DNA of 47,324 bases from Candidatus Nealsonbacteria bacterium. GTDB taxonomy: Bacteria > Patescibacteriota > Minisyncoccia > Minisyncoccales > RBG-13-36-15. Positions within the stretch are counted from its first letter, which is position 1. Each line of letters opens with the position of its first letter. Position numbers and translations under genes: made by a program. The notes beneath the pieces were generated by a model. The model worked only from the letters and a program-made list of their open reading frames with translations. It made no database searches and was not told the origin of the DNA. The stretch spans positions 180,860-228,183 of the forward strand of contig DRFQ01000001.1 of NCBI GenBank assembly GCA_011050465.1, given 5' to 3'. Shown one piece after another: positions 31,332 to 41,350 of this stretch.

Positions 31332-32492
31332 CTATTGAGATAAAGGTTTTTTCTCTATTATTTTCCCTGTTTTTGCATCAACTAATACTTTAAATGGTGG
31401 TGGTCCCTCAGCAAACGATACGGCTCTTGCCCAAAAAGAGCTTGAGCTTTCCCAGTATTCAAAAAAGATATTATAACCTTTTAATTCGGGGTTTTCATAT
31501 ATTAGAGATGTAAAGGGTTTTACGATAAGGTCACCCTTCTCATCTGCAATAACTAAAGTTAAATTATCACTTCCTCGAAGTTCTATTACAATATATTTTT
31601 TCTCACCAACTCCAGCAGATATAAATGGAGAATTACGAATATCAGAACCGACGATATCAATAATTTTAATCGCTGAATCCCAGGTTAGATTCCCGTCTGT
31701 TAAATAAATGGCTATCTGACCGTTTTCATCAAAAGTATTATAAACAAATATCTTTTTCTCAATTCTATTTGAGTCATAAAAAGAGACTAATTTTTCTATC
31801 TTTTCAGAATCAAATTTTTCTTCTATGGTTTTGTCAATAAACTTAAAAGCAGAAAGCATTTGGTCGAAAAGTTTTCTTGGAACAGTATCTTCTGGATTTT
31901 CCAAAGACCCAGCTAAATGTCGCTGAAGATGATATAAAATATTTCCATTCTTAAATACAGCATTATCCCCGCCACCACTTACGCCCCACCAATAAAATAT
32001 TGTTGCATCTGAACCAGCTATTATTTTATGTTCTATTTTTGAAGTCACCTCATTTTGAACACCAGAAACAATTTCCTCATCGCCTTTTTGCGATAATTGA
32101 ATCGGGGAAAAATTATCCTCTATCCAGTCTTTAACTGAAAGGTCAGTTTCATAAATTGAAATATTAATAAAAGGGTGGTTTGCTTGATAATTTTCCCATT
32201 TTTTGGATTCAAAAGTAATTTGTTTTTTATCGTCATACTCAACGAAGTAAAAATCAGAAGGATATTTCACCTCAAAGCCATATTCTTCATTTCTGTAAGT
32301 TTTCCAATTGACGGTTTCGTCTTCTGGCGGTTTTACCTCTGGCAGTTTTAATTCCAATTCAGCTAATTTAACTTCCAGCTCCTTTATCCAGGAATAGTAA
32401 TAACCCAAAATCCCACCACCAACAATAACAGCCAGAACAATAACAATTAAGATGTATGTTAAGTTAGTTTTACCTTGAGTAATGAAAGGCAT
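31332..32492 (-). CDS. Membrane-anchored secreted protein (hypothetical), paralogous N-terminus
   Basis: The MPFITQGKTNLTYILIVIVLAVIVGGGILGY anchor is shared with the next gene. NWKTYRNEEYGFEVKYP-type domain. Confidence 0.7.
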   Translation of the reverse strand: MPFITQGKTNLTYILIVIVLAVIVGGGILGYYYSWIKELEVKLAELELKLPEVKPPEDETVNWKTYRNEEYGFEVKYPSDFYFVEYDDKKQITFESKKWENYQANHPFINISIYETDLSVKDWIEDNFSPIQLSQKGDEEIVSGVQNEVTSKIEHKIIAGSDATIFYWWGVSGGGDNAVFKNGNILYHLQRHLAGSLENPEDTVPRKLFDQMLSAFKFIDKTIEEKFDSEKIEKLVSFYDSNRIEKKIFVYNTFDENGQIAIYLTDGNLTWDSAIKIIDIVGSDIRNSPFISAGVGEKKYIVIELRGSDNLTLVIADEKGDLIVKPFTSLIYENPELKGYNIFFEYWESSSSFWARAVSFAEGPPPFKVLVDAKTGKIIEKKPLSQ

Positions 32493-32552
32493 TAAATCAT
32501 TATACCTCCTTCCCTACAAAACAAAAACCCCGTCAATTAAGGCGGGGCAGGC

Positions 32553-32722
32553 AGGCTTGCCATTCCGTAGCCTTGGCTGAGGATGGGTCAGGTAATGGAC
32601 GCATTCAGAACCGTGGATTGGGTTAAGATTAGGGAAAGTCTTAGAGATTTGGAGCCTCTTATGGGTATTTATCTGACTCCTTTGGCTGGACGGCGTTAGG
32701 AGCTATTTTACTCTAAAAACCT
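32553..32722. repeat. Conserved module behind a paralogous surface-protein gene (copy 2)
   Basis: See copy 1. Followed on the minus strand by the terminator CCCCGCCTTAATTGACGGGG-TTTTTG. Confidence 0.9.
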
Positions 32723-32726
32723 AAAA

Positions 32727-33320
32727 TCAATCAGAGGGAGAAATAGTAGTAAGTATTTTTTCATAGATACTGTCTAATTCCGGAGAAAGATTAGTTTGTC
32801 TAATCTGTAGGATTCCATCTCTTTGGTGGGTTTCGAATACAAATATTTTTTCTATCTTTGTGCCCAAAAATATTCCAAAGAATTCTCTCCCTTTCACATT
32901 ATTTATTGTGCGTTCTTTCTCATACTCAAGTTCCGTAAATGAATTGCGAACTCCTTTTAGGCAGTCATCGTAATCTGTTCCGCATACGCGCGCGCGTTCC
33001 GTGCTATACCATCCTCCAGATCCAATAAACAAATCGTTTGAATAAGAACCATTCATACATACGGGATATCCCTCTGTTGGCCCACAAGGATAAGGCGAGG
33101 GGGGATACTTTATGTTCCAACCAAAGATTTCCACTGTCTCCCAATTGGCGGTTTCGTCTTCAATAATTCCTTCTGGTGGTTTTACTTCTGGGGGTGTAAT
33201 TTCCTGTTTTGGCATCCACAAATACTGATAACCCAAAATTCCTCCACCAACAATAATAGCCAGAATAATAACAATTAAGATATAAGTTAAATTAGTTTTA
33301 CCTTGGGTAATGAATGGCAT
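32727..33320 (-). CDS. Membrane-anchored secreted protein (hypothetical), paralogous N-terminus
   Basis: MPFITQGKTNLTYILIVIILAIIVGGGILGY anchor and an unrelated Cys-containing C-terminal domain. Confidence 0.7.
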   Translation of the reverse strand: MPFITQGKTNLTYILIVIILAIIVGGGILGYQYLWMPKQEITPPEVKPPEGIIEDETANWETVEIFGWNIKYPPSPYPCGPTEGYPVCMNGSYSNDLFIGSGGWYSTERARVCGTDYDDCLKGVRNSFTELEYEKERTINNVKGREFFGIFLGTKIEKIFVFETHQRDGILQIRQTNLSPELDSIYEKILTTISPSD

Positions 33321-33413
33321 ATATTTATTTTTTAGTTAGTTTATTATCTTTCCTCATTATACCTCCTTCCCTTCAAAACAAAAACCCCGCCAATTAAGGC
33401 GGGGAATAGCCTG

Positions 33414-33485
33414 GGTGGCTAAGCGGATTTGAACCGCCTCTAGCAATGCCACAGATTGCTGTGCTGCCGTTACACCATAGCCACC
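33414..33485 (-). tRNA. tRNA-His (anticodon GTG) with encoded G-1
   Basis: G-1 plus GTGGCTA/TAGCCAC acceptor, C73, loop CTGTGGC. Confidence 0.88.
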
Positions 33486-33517
33486 ATAAAATATTTCTCA
33501 CCTTGCATCACAATTTG

Positions 33518-33589
33518 TGCCCTCAGGAGGAATCGAACCCCCATTGCAGACTTAGAAGGTCCGTGTTCTATCCGTTGAACTATGAGGGC
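33518..33589 (-). tRNA. tRNA-Arg (anticodon TCT)
   Basis: GCCCTCA/TGAGGGC acceptor, loop CTTCTAA, T-loop TTCGATT. Confidence 0.88.
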
Positions 33590-33631
33590 AGTATTCGAAC
33601 CCTAATATTATAACTGAAATAATTCATTCGG

Positions 33632-33955
33632 TCAACGTTCTTCTTCGATAATGATTATTTTTGTAAACGGATCGGGGTATTTTTTTGTTTCGGTTTCTTC
33701 AAATTTTTTCTGTTTGTCTCTAGATTTCTCTAAAATTTTTTGGAAAAGTCCTTCATCAAATTGAAGAGAACTTTCTATTATTTCTGGCTGAGCCTTTTCC
33801 ACTAAAAAAATATATTTATAAAACAAGAAAGCGCCAAAAACTAAAAACACAACTAAAAGTCCTAAAAAAGTCAAAAAGACCTTTTCTCCTAAAATTCGGA
33901 GCAATTTTCCAAAAACAACCTTTATTTTATCAAATCTTATTTTTTTTATTTTCAT
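33632..33955 (-). CDS. Single-pass membrane protein at the end of the pilus operon (hypothetical)
   Basis: 107 aa with one TM helix. Its start overlaps the upstream stop by 4 nt. Confidence 0.55.
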   Translation of the reverse strand: MKIKKIRFDKIKVVFGKLLRILGEKVFLTFLGLLVVFLVFGAFLFYKYIFLVEKAQPEIIESSLQFDEGLFQKILEKSRDKQKKFEETETKKYPDPFTKIIIIEEER

Positions 33956-34464
33956 TTAACTAAAACAATTAATTCCAAATTAGCCGTAATGTTGTCCGAT
34001 GACTCTTGGGCGATTTTCCTTACATTTAAATTAGTGATTTCGATTAAATAAGGACTATTTTCTAATTTATCAATCAATTTTAAAAGGTTAGAAAAAGAAC
34101 CAGAGAATAAGATATTAAAAGAGAGGGCAGGTTCTGGTTCCGTTATTTCTTTGGTTAAAGAAATTTTTATTGAAGATTGAGAGTTAAGAATAGATTTTTC
34201 CAGGAAATCCATAAATTCAATTGGTAAGGTCGAATCAACAAAAAAATTATTAATTTTTTCTAAATTTTGCTGATGGGTTTTATATTTTTCCCGGAAATTT
34301 TCCAGGTTCTTTCTTCTTTGCTCAAATGAAATTAAATCTTTTTTCTGCAAAATTAATGCTTGGGAGCTTTTACTAATTTCTTGCAAAAGAAATAAAATTA
34401 ATATTAAAACTAAAATTACAACAATAATTCCGGAAATATAAATTTTTTTATTTGAAATTTTCAT
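33952..34464 (-). CDS. pilO: PilO-like pilus assembly protein
   Basis: TM anchor, coiled coil and position after pilM/pilN, with 4-nt coupling overlaps. Sequence similarity itself is weak. Confidence 0.55.
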   Translation of the reverse strand: MKISNKKIYISGIIVVILVLILILFLLQEISKSSQALILQKKDLISFEQRRKNLENFREKYKTHQQNLEKINNFFVDSTLPIEFMDFLEKSILNSQSSIKISLTKEITEPEPALSFNILFSGSFSNLLKLIDKLENSPYLIEITNLNVRKIAQESSDNITANLELIVLVK

Positions 34465-34997
34465 TGCCCGAAATCAATTTTAACTCCGGCAAAATCTATA
34501 TCAACGGGTTCAATCCAGTTTGAAGGAGGAAAATATATTGCTTGGAATTCTTCTTTTTGTTCAAGATTCTTTTTAAACTGGACTAATAAATCCCGCGAAG
34601 GAGAGAAACCGGCCAAAATGATTTGTGAGGAGGTTTTAGAATAAAAGAGGTCGGTAAGATATATTTCTTTAGGAACAGCTTGGATTAATTTTTCTAAAAT
34701 ATTTTCCAAACCGTATTTCTGCTCATAGAAATCGTTTATTTTTGCAAGTTTTTGATTAGAATTATCGATTTTTTCTTCAATAATCCGGGCCTCAGAATCT
34801 TCGCCCTTTTCTTTTATTGATTCCAGGACATTTTTTTGAAGATCAATTTGGATTAAAAGATATACTTTCAAAAAACCCAAGATTATTATTAAACAAAGTA
34901 GAGAGAGTAAAACGATAAGACCCAAGGTTATGGCCAACCTTTTTATCTCTTCGGCTAAAAGTTCTTTTCTCTCTTCTGGCGGTAAAAGATTTATCAT
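34461..34997 (-). CDS. pilN: PilN-like fimbrial assembly protein
   Basis: MINLLPPEERKE N-terminus typical of PilN, then a TM helix and coiled coil. Confidence 0.7.
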   Translation of the reverse strand: MINLLPPEERKELLAEEIKRLAITLGLIVLLSLLCLIIILGFLKVYLLIQIDLQKNVLESIKEKGEDSEARIIEEKIDNSNQKLAKINDFYEQKYGLENILEKLIQAVPKEIYLTDLFYSKTSSQIILAGFSPSRDLLVQFKKNLEQKEEFQAIYFPPSNWIEPVDIDFAGVKIDFGQ

Positions 34998-35030
34998 ATA
35001 CCACTAATGAATATAACGAATTTTGCGCTC

Positions 35031-35082
35031 TTAATTGCGAAGCAATTACAAGGAGTGGAGCGACTGGTTTGCATTATCACGA
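35031..35082 (+). repeat. Copy of the 47-49-bp intergenic repeat between pilM and pilN
   Basis: TTAATTGCGAAGCAATTACAAGGAGTGGAGCGACTGGTTTGC. Confidence 0.75.
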
Positions 35083-35119
35083 ATAAATAATTAGTGAGTA
35101 TTCGTAGGAAATTAGTGTT

Positions 35120-36250
35120 TTATTGGTGGATGTTTATTCCCCTCAGGGCCAAGCCCAAAGCAGTCGTAAAAGTCAACGATTTTTTATAAGATAATTCAGG
35201 AATTTCCTTTAAAGGAGTTTTTAGAATATTTGTCCAGGGGTTACCTAATTCTGCCGGCATTTTTAGAGCCAAAGAGAGAAATTCTGGCAACCCCTTGAGA
35301 TTGGCTCCTCCTCCACAAAGCAAAATTTTATTGATTTCCCCACTATCAGGTGCTAAATGTTCGTGGCGAATATGGGTTGGATAATAATCGAGACATTGCT
35401 TTATTTCTTTAACTAAATTAGTTAAAAGAGGAGCTATGATGTTTGACACTTTGCCTGAGATAATTTTCCTTTCGGTGCCATCTTTAATTTTTAACTGGTA
35501 TTCTTTTTCTAACCCAAATTTTATCTTCAACATCTCCGCCTCTCGAAAAGAAATATCTAGTCCACGAGAAATAGCTTTTGCGAATTCCCGAGAAGAAATA
35601 GGGATCGCGCGGGTAAATCTTAAAGAATAACCAGAGAAAATCATTAAGCTTGTTTTGTCGGCGCCAAAATCAATTAATAGAAGCGGACGAGGACTAAACT
35701 CATTTTTTATTAAAGCCCGGGCAATAGATAAAGATTCAATCTCTAAGGCCTGAGGCCGAAGGCCCGCTTTTTGAAGACAAGAAACATAAGAAGCAACAGT
35801 TTTTTTCGGCAGAACAGCGATTAAAACATCGGAATGGTTAAGATGATTATAAACCGGCCGGACGACCTGGAAGTCCAAATAAACCTCTTCAATTGATAAG
35901 GGAATATAATTTTCTGCTTCAAAATAAATAGCTTTTTTTAACTCTTCAGCTTTCATTTTGGGCATTTGGATGACTTCTAAAAATGCTTCTTCTTCCGGCA
36001 GAGAGGCTACTACATAATTTGTTTTTATCTTTTCTCCTTTCACCTCAATCAAAGCTTTTTTAATCATTTCAATTAAAGCTTCTTCGTCTTGTATCTCTCC
36101 TTTTTTGATTATTCCTGGAGTAATTTCCGTTTCTCCAAAAGAAGCCAAAGATAAAAATTTGTCCTTCTTCTTTAGCTTAACTATCTTCAAAGAGGAGTCA
36201 GATACATCTAAACCAAACGCCTCTGGTTTTAAAGTAAGAAATTCTAACAT
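35120..36250 (-). CDS. pilM: Type IV pilus assembly ATPase-fold protein PilM
   Basis: Actin-like fold motifs (GLDVSDSSLKIV, LLIDFGADKTS, LCGGGANLKGL). Confidence 0.85.
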   Translation of the reverse strand: MLEFLTLKPEAFGLDVSDSSLKIVKLKKKDKFLSLASFGETEITPGIIKKGEIQDEEALIEMIKKALIEVKGEKIKTNYVVASLPEEEAFLEVIQMPKMKAEELKKAIYFEAENYIPLSIEEVYLDFQVVRPVYNHLNHSDVLIAVLPKKTVASYVSCLQKAGLRPQALEIESLSIARALIKNEFSPRPLLLIDFGADKTSLMIFSGYSLRFTRAIPISSREFAKAISRGLDISFREAEMLKIKFGLEKEYQLKIKDGTERKIISGKVSNIIAPLLTNLVKEIKQCLDYYPTHIRHEHLAPDSGEINKILLCGGGANLKGLPEFLSLALKMPAELGNPWTNILKTPLKEIPELSYKKSLTFTTALGLALRGINIHQ

Positions 36251-36325
36251 TCTTGATTAACTTTAGCTATCTATTACATTCTAGCATTTTAATATTCAAC
36301 TAAGAACCTAAAAACTAGAGGTTAT

Positions 36326-38155
36326 TTATTCAGTTTCCTGCCAGCGTTGAACCTCCCAGGCTGCTCCGGGTCCAGCTGAAAATTGAGCGTCAACTAACCC
36401 TTGTTCATACTGGATCATTGCATTTTCCTTTAATTGAACTTTATAACCAACTATTTCAGAGATAATTACTCCATTATGAAGATAAATCAGACCATCTGTC
36501 GCATAAAATATGGCCCCGGTTGCGTTATTATGTATATCCATTGCCGCATTATGATGGGTGCAGGTCGATGTTTCTTCTCCCTGACAATCAGATGTCGTTA
36601 AAAGCATAAGATAGCTTCCAGGCTGCCCAGACCCTTGAAAAATTTTATTGTTTTTAACATGAATCCAACCATCAGAAATTACAATACAACTCAGTTCTTC
36701 ATAAGAGGTAGAGCATTTCATACCCGACTCAAGACTGGCACCACCTTCAATATCAATATTGCCTTGAACATAAACTGTACCCGTAATCTCTAAAAGCTGG
36801 CGATTGGTTAAATTAAGATTGCCGGTGATTGTTACTGGGCCCAAACTTGAAGTGCCAGGAGGTGGACTATAATCGCCTTCGATAAGACAGGGGGGGGTAG
36901 GAGGTTGTTGGCCGCATCCAGCTTCATCTTTCCATTCCTGAATGTTAGCATCGGAAACGGGCATGTCACCGACCGCCGGATCTGGAGAATCAGGATGAGC
37001 AGTACCCGGGCTTCCAGAATAATTATTTAACCAGTCAAGCGAACTTTGATCAATGAATTGATAATAAGCATCGCCCTGTATCTCGCTATTTAAAATAGTA
37101 TTGGCATAAGCATTCCCATAAATTCTTACTTCCTCAATAGAGGTAATAATACCCCCAAGCCAAATTTTGATATTGAGGTCACCGGTTATTTGAGTCCAAC
37201 TTGGATTATCATCGTTCCAATCAGGACTATATTTAGCCACCCCATTACCATATCCTTCATTTTGATCCTTACACCAAATCCAGTATTTATTACTATCGGC
37301 TTTTGTATCTACTATTAACCAATAAAAAGTATTGGCGGTTAAAAGAGGAGGGTTAGGAATGGCGACATTAATCCAGCCATAAGTGTCAGTTACTTTAGAA
37401 GCATCTAAAGTGGCGGACGTTAAAACTGTTGTACTGGGTGAACCGTTATCGTCAGTTAGAATTCTAAGAGTCCGATTCTTTGGATTCCCGTTTTTTTCCA
37501 GATAAAGGCTGACTTGAACTAAGCGTTCGGTTTTGTTGGTTTTGAAGCTTTGAGCTAAATCTAATACTGGTGAACTTTGACCAAAAACTTGGTCATTGTT
37601 ACAAACGGCCCACTGCTGGTTAAGATCCGTGCCCGAAGCTACAAAAACATCGCCAGTGATTGTGGCACCAGGATCACCATCAATGTTGCCATTAGAGTAA
37701 ACATTGCCAATCACGCCACCAATACCCTCAATCCGACTATTATTTTCCATTTTTAGTCCTCCTTCGCCAATCTGAGCACCGTAATAAAAAGCAGGGGTGG
37801 TTGTATTAAGTTTGAGTACAGTAGTTATAGTCCGTAAAATATTATTAAGATTACCCTGAGAAGTGACTGTTTTTTGAGTTGGGCTACCAGAAATATTAAT
37901 ATCCGCACTTGCTCCATTAATACTCAAAGTATTGTCAGCAACATAAAGCTTGCCTTTCTGAATTCTTAAAAGACTGTCTTCTATTCCAGCTTCAGCTGCA
38001 TAATAAGCTTGGTTTGATTTGGTAATATTGGCAGAAATTATTTGTTGCCCTAGAGTTAGAATGGCAACGCTTATTCCAATGGCAAAAATTAGAGCCAGAA
38101 TTATAATGGTAAAAAATAGGGCAGCAAAACCTTCTTGACGAGTTAATTGATTCAT
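36326..38155 (-). CDS. Large PilX-N-like minor pilin / pilus-tip protein
   Basis: N-terminal QEGFAALFFTIIILALIFAIG hydrophobic segment, then about 570 aa rich in G/N/T (beta-helix-like). Confidence 0.65.
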   Translation of the reverse strand: MNQLTRQEGFAALFFTIIILALIFAIGISVAILTLGQQIISANITKSNQAYYAAEAGIEDSLLRIQKGKLYVADNTLSINGASADINISGSPTQKTVTSQGNLNNILRTITTVLKLNTTTPAFYYGAQIGEGGLKMENNSRIEGIGGVIGNVYSNGNIDGDPGATITGDVFVASGTDLNQQWAVCNNDQVFGQSSPVLDLAQSFKTNKTERLVQVSLYLEKNGNPKNRTLRILTDDNGSPSTTVLTSATLDASKVTDTYGWINVAIPNPPLLTANTFYWLIVDTKADSNKYWIWCKDQNEGYGNGVAKYSPDWNDDNPSWTQITGDLNIKIWLGGIITSIEEVRIYGNAYANTILNSEIQGDAYYQFIDQSSLDWLNNYSGSPGTAHPDSPDPAVGDMPVSDANIQEWKDEAGCGQQPPTPPCLIEGDYSPPPGTSSLGPVTITGNLNLTNRQLLEITGTVYVQGNIDIEGGASLESGMKCSTSYEELSCIVISDGWIHVKNNKIFQGSGQPGSYLMLLTTSDCQGEETSTCTHHNAAMDIHNNATGAIFYATDGLIYLHNGVIISEIVGYKVQLKENAMIQYEQGLVDAQFSAGPGAAWEVQRWQETE

Positions 38156-38703
38156 TGTTGATATTGCCGAAGAGAGGCGGCTGATTTTAAATTAACTGAA
38201 GCCTGATATTCTGTTCGACCACTTGAATCCTTATAATTGATTATCAAATCAATCTGAACCGAAGGAATTTGATTTGTAATAATTTGGCGAAACACCAAGT
38301 TTGTGATTTCTACTCTTTCTGAGGTTAAAACAATAGGATCTTGCGACTCTTTTTTAAAACAAAGATGAGTACCGCAGATATAAAAATCTATATAAGTTGA
38401 GTTTTCTCCGGTTGGTAAATGATTGCTTGTTTTTAGAGAAAGTTGGCCGGGATGAGCATTAAAGATACTAGTCGGTTCATAAATATTTTCTGCTTCTTTG
38501 ACTTCGTAAACTATTACTTCCATAACTCTTCTGGCATTGTCTAAAGTTTCTCTCATGACCCGTGTTTTTATATTGATTTCGATCGCCCAAATTAAAAAAG
38601 AAAAAATAACAACAATCACGGTTGCCAAAATAGCAATATAAACCAAAACTTCTATTAGCGTAAAACTTTTTTGTTGGCTACGGTTCATTATTATCATCGC
38701 CAA
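38152..38703 (-). CDS. Prepilin-type N-terminal cleavage/methylation-domain pseudopilin
   Basis: QQKS-FTLIEVLVYIAILATV motif. Confidence 0.8.
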   Translation of the reverse strand: MAMIIMNRSQQKSFTLIEVLVYIAILATVIVVIFSFLIWAIEINIKTRVMRETLDNARRVMEVIVYEVKEAENIYEPTSIFNAHPGQLSLKTSNHLPTGENSTYIDFYICGTHLCFKKESQDPIVLTSERVEITNLVFRQIITNQIPSVQIDLIINYKDSSGRTEYQASVNLKSAASLRQYQQ

Positions 38704-39176
38704 TTGGTAAGATAAGTAGTAATCTCTACATTTTTATCTTGCCAAGAAACAGTTACTGTTATTTTCCTTGTTTCGGGATCATCTGTTCCTCCGCTCTCGA
38801 CAATGTTATCGTTAGCATCCCTGTCTACACTTTCAAAAATAACCTTACGTAAAAATCCATTGATTATTTCTTCTCCTAAAGCCAATGTCCACTGTGGGGG
38901 GGTGTCCCCGATTTGTTCTTGGTGGTAAGCAACTTCGGTAGTTAAAGTTCCAAGTCCGTCCACGTTCCACGTAGTTCCATCTCTAAAATTGCGAACAGCC
39001 TCGATTGTTTCTTGGGCTAAGAAATTAGCCAGAGTAGTTTCTTTAATTGAATGAGAAGTTTTTAGAGAAAAAACCAATATACCAAAAATTCCGATAAAGG
39101 ATATTAACAAAACAGCAATAGCTACTAAAATTTCTATTACAGAAATTCCTTTTTGATTATTGATGGTTGTTGACAT
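38694..39176 (-). CDS. Prepilin-type pseudopilin
   Basis: NQKG-ISVIEILVAIAVLLISF motif. Confidence 0.75.
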   Translation of the reverse strand: MSTTINNQKGISVIEILVAIAVLLISFIGIFGILVFSLKTSHSIKETTLANFLAQETIEAVRNFRDGTTWNVDGLGTLTTEVAYHQEQIGDTPPQWTLALGEEIINGFLRKVIFESVDRDANDNIVESGGTDDPETRKITVTVSWQDKNVEITTYLTNWR

Positions 39177-39187
39177 AGATTAAAGTT

Positions 39188-40072
39188 TTATTGTATTTCT
39201 TTGGTTCCTCCATATGGCCCTTCGGTTACCGAATCATTGACGTCAGCTAAATAGTGAGCAATCTCCTTATCTACTCCGCCCTCTACGATATAGATTATGA
39301 CTTCTTGGTTAGTTCTCCCTTGATTACGATCACGATGGATACAAAGATTAAAAGTATCAAGAGAGTGGGTATGAACTTGGAATGTTTGATCAATCCCATC
39401 GACAATAAATATTCCTGCCCAATCAAATTCTGTTTTATCAGCATTGAAATAATCAGCCATATCAACTTGTTCTGTCTGAGGAATATCGGGAAAATAAAAC
39501 TTTAACAAGGTTGCACTTTGAATACTCCATCCCAAATCAAAATGAACGTGGCGAGAATCTTTTATTCTTGCTGCATCAGAAGGAGTAGAGGGACTTGTTA
39601 GTCCAACTTGGCCAGAGTTTTCAATATAGACGGTCTTTGTTTTTGTTGGATTATCTTTCAGTCTTATAATTAGAGATCCGAATTGAGAAGTTGTTCCTGA
39701 AATTCGATCGAAAATTATTTCTGACTCGCCTCCATTTAAACTTATATCGGATATTTCAACGGATTTTGGCAATTTATGAATTTTATCAAATGAGCTGTTT
39801 CTTGAGGCATAATCATTTCCTTTAAATAAGGTGTACTGATGAGGAGAAGTAGTTTGATCGAAATAGACTCCGTACTGGCTGGCTCCTTCAGAGGCCAAGG
39901 TCTTATTTTGAGCTATTCTTAAAGTATTAATAATTTCTTCGGTGGAATTATTTAGATCTAATTCATTTTGGAAGGAACGATAAGCAGGGAGAGCCAAAAC
40001 CATCAGAATAACCATAATTCCAATAATTACCAATACTTCAATTAAAGTAAAACTTTTCATCATTAAAGCCAA
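39188..40072 (-). CDS. Prepilin-type pseudopilin (GspH/FimT-like size)
   Basis: MKS-FTLIEVLVIIGIMVIL motif. Confidence 0.78.
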   Translation of the reverse strand: MALMMKSFTLIEVLVIIGIMVILMVLALPAYRSFQNELDLNNSTEEIINTLRIAQNKTLASEGASQYGVYFDQTTSPHQYTLFKGNDYASRNSSFDKIHKLPKSVEISDISLNGGESEIIFDRISGTTSQFGSLIIRLKDNPTKTKTVYIENSGQVGLTSPSTPSDAARIKDSRHVHFDLGWSIQSATLLKFYFPDIPQTEQVDMADYFNADKTEFDWAGIFIVDGIDQTFQVHTHSLDTFNLCIHRDRNQGRTNQEVIIYIVEGGVDKEIAHYLADVNDSVTEGPYGGTKEIQ

Positions 40073-40094
40073 GAAATATTTATCCTTAAAGCTT

Positions 40095-41321
40095 TTATTG
40101 TATTGCTCCCAACATGCTGTACATAGGTTGAATCATTGAGATGGCAAAAAAACCAACTGCTCCACCAACTAGAAGCATTAATAATGGTTCCATTATTGCC
40201 GAAAGGTTTTTGGTATGATTCGTTACTTCTTCTTCATAAAAATCAGCCAACTTGGCTAAGATTTCTGACGTCTGGCCTGTTTCTTCCCCGATCTCAATCA
40301 TCTGAATAACCATCGGAGGATAAAGATCTTGATAGGGCGTTAAAGCCAAAGAAAGTTTTTCTCCTTTCTGAATCTTTTCTATCGCACTGATCATTGCTTC
40401 TTTAAAATAAATATTCCCTAAAGATCCAGAAACAATCCTTAAGGCTCTAACAAGAGGAATACCAGAGACAATAAGAGAACTTAGGGTTCTCAAAGTTTGA
40501 GCTGAATTGGTCTTTTTAATGATCGGAGAAATAATAGGAATTTTTAAGGTTATACTATCCAAAATCTTTTTTCCTCTCTTTGTTTTCAAAGCGTTTTTAA
40601 GAAGAAAAAATAAAACAAAAACTATAATTAAGAATAAATACCATTTTGTAGCTAAAAATTCTCCAAGACCAATTACAAAACGAGTAGTAAGAGGAAGATC
40701 AATCTCTAGCTCTCTAAAAGTTTCTGCTAGTTTAGGTATAACCATAATAAGCATCAAGACTCCAATACCTACCATGGCAAAAATAATTACGGCAGGATAA
40801 ACCATTGCCCCTATTATCTTTGATCTTAAGTCGTGCTCTTTTTCCATTTGGTAAGCCAAATTTTTTAGAACATTTTCCAGAGTGCCGGATTCCTCTCCAG
40901 CTTTAATCATACTGACAAAAAGCTCAGAGAAAATTTCAGGATATTTTTTTAAGCTTTCAGACAAGCTTTTTCCCTTATTTACTGCTTCTAAAATTTCAGC
41001 AAGAGCTTTTTTGAATTTTGGATTTTTACTTTGAGTTGATAAAATTGACAAACTTCGAGGAAGAGAAACGCCGGCCGAAACCATTACCCGAAGATTTCTG
41101 GTAAACATCATTTTTTCGGTCAGAGAAACCTTCCCAAAAAAAGACAGAGATATTTCAAATTTATTTTTTTTATCCTTAATTTCAAGTTCGGCTTCGGCTC
41201 TAATCAAAACATATCCTTCTTGGTGAAGGATTTTTGACAGCTCTTTTTTGGTTCCAGCTTCTAGAGTTCCTGTCTCGATCTCTCCTTTAAAAGATTTTGC
41301 GGTATAAAAATATTGAGGCAA
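40095..41321 (-). CDS. pilC: Type IV pilus platform protein PilC (GspF family)
   Basis: Two GspF repeats, three TM segments, 408 aa. Confidence 0.9.
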   Translation of the reverse strand: MPQYFYTAKSFKGEIETGTLEAGTKKELSKILHQEGYVLIRAEAELEIKDKKNKFEISLSFFGKVSLTEKMMFTRNLRVMVSAGVSLPRSLSILSTQSKNPKFKKALAEILEAVNKGKSLSESLKKYPEIFSELFVSMIKAGEESGTLENVLKNLAYQMEKEHDLRSKIIGAMVYPAVIIFAMVGIGVLMLIMVIPKLAETFRELEIDLPLTTRFVIGLGEFLATKWYLFLIIVFVLFFLLKNALKTKRGKKILDSITLKIPIISPIIKKTNSAQTLRTLSSLIVSGIPLVRALRIVSGSLGNIYFKEAMISAIEKIQKGEKLSLALTPYQDLYPPMVIQMIEIGEETGQTSEILAKLADFYEEEVTNHTKNLSAIMEPLLMLLVGGAVGFFAISMIQPMYSMLGAIQ

Positions 41322-41350
41322 ATGAAAAAATAATTATTAAAAAATAGTTA

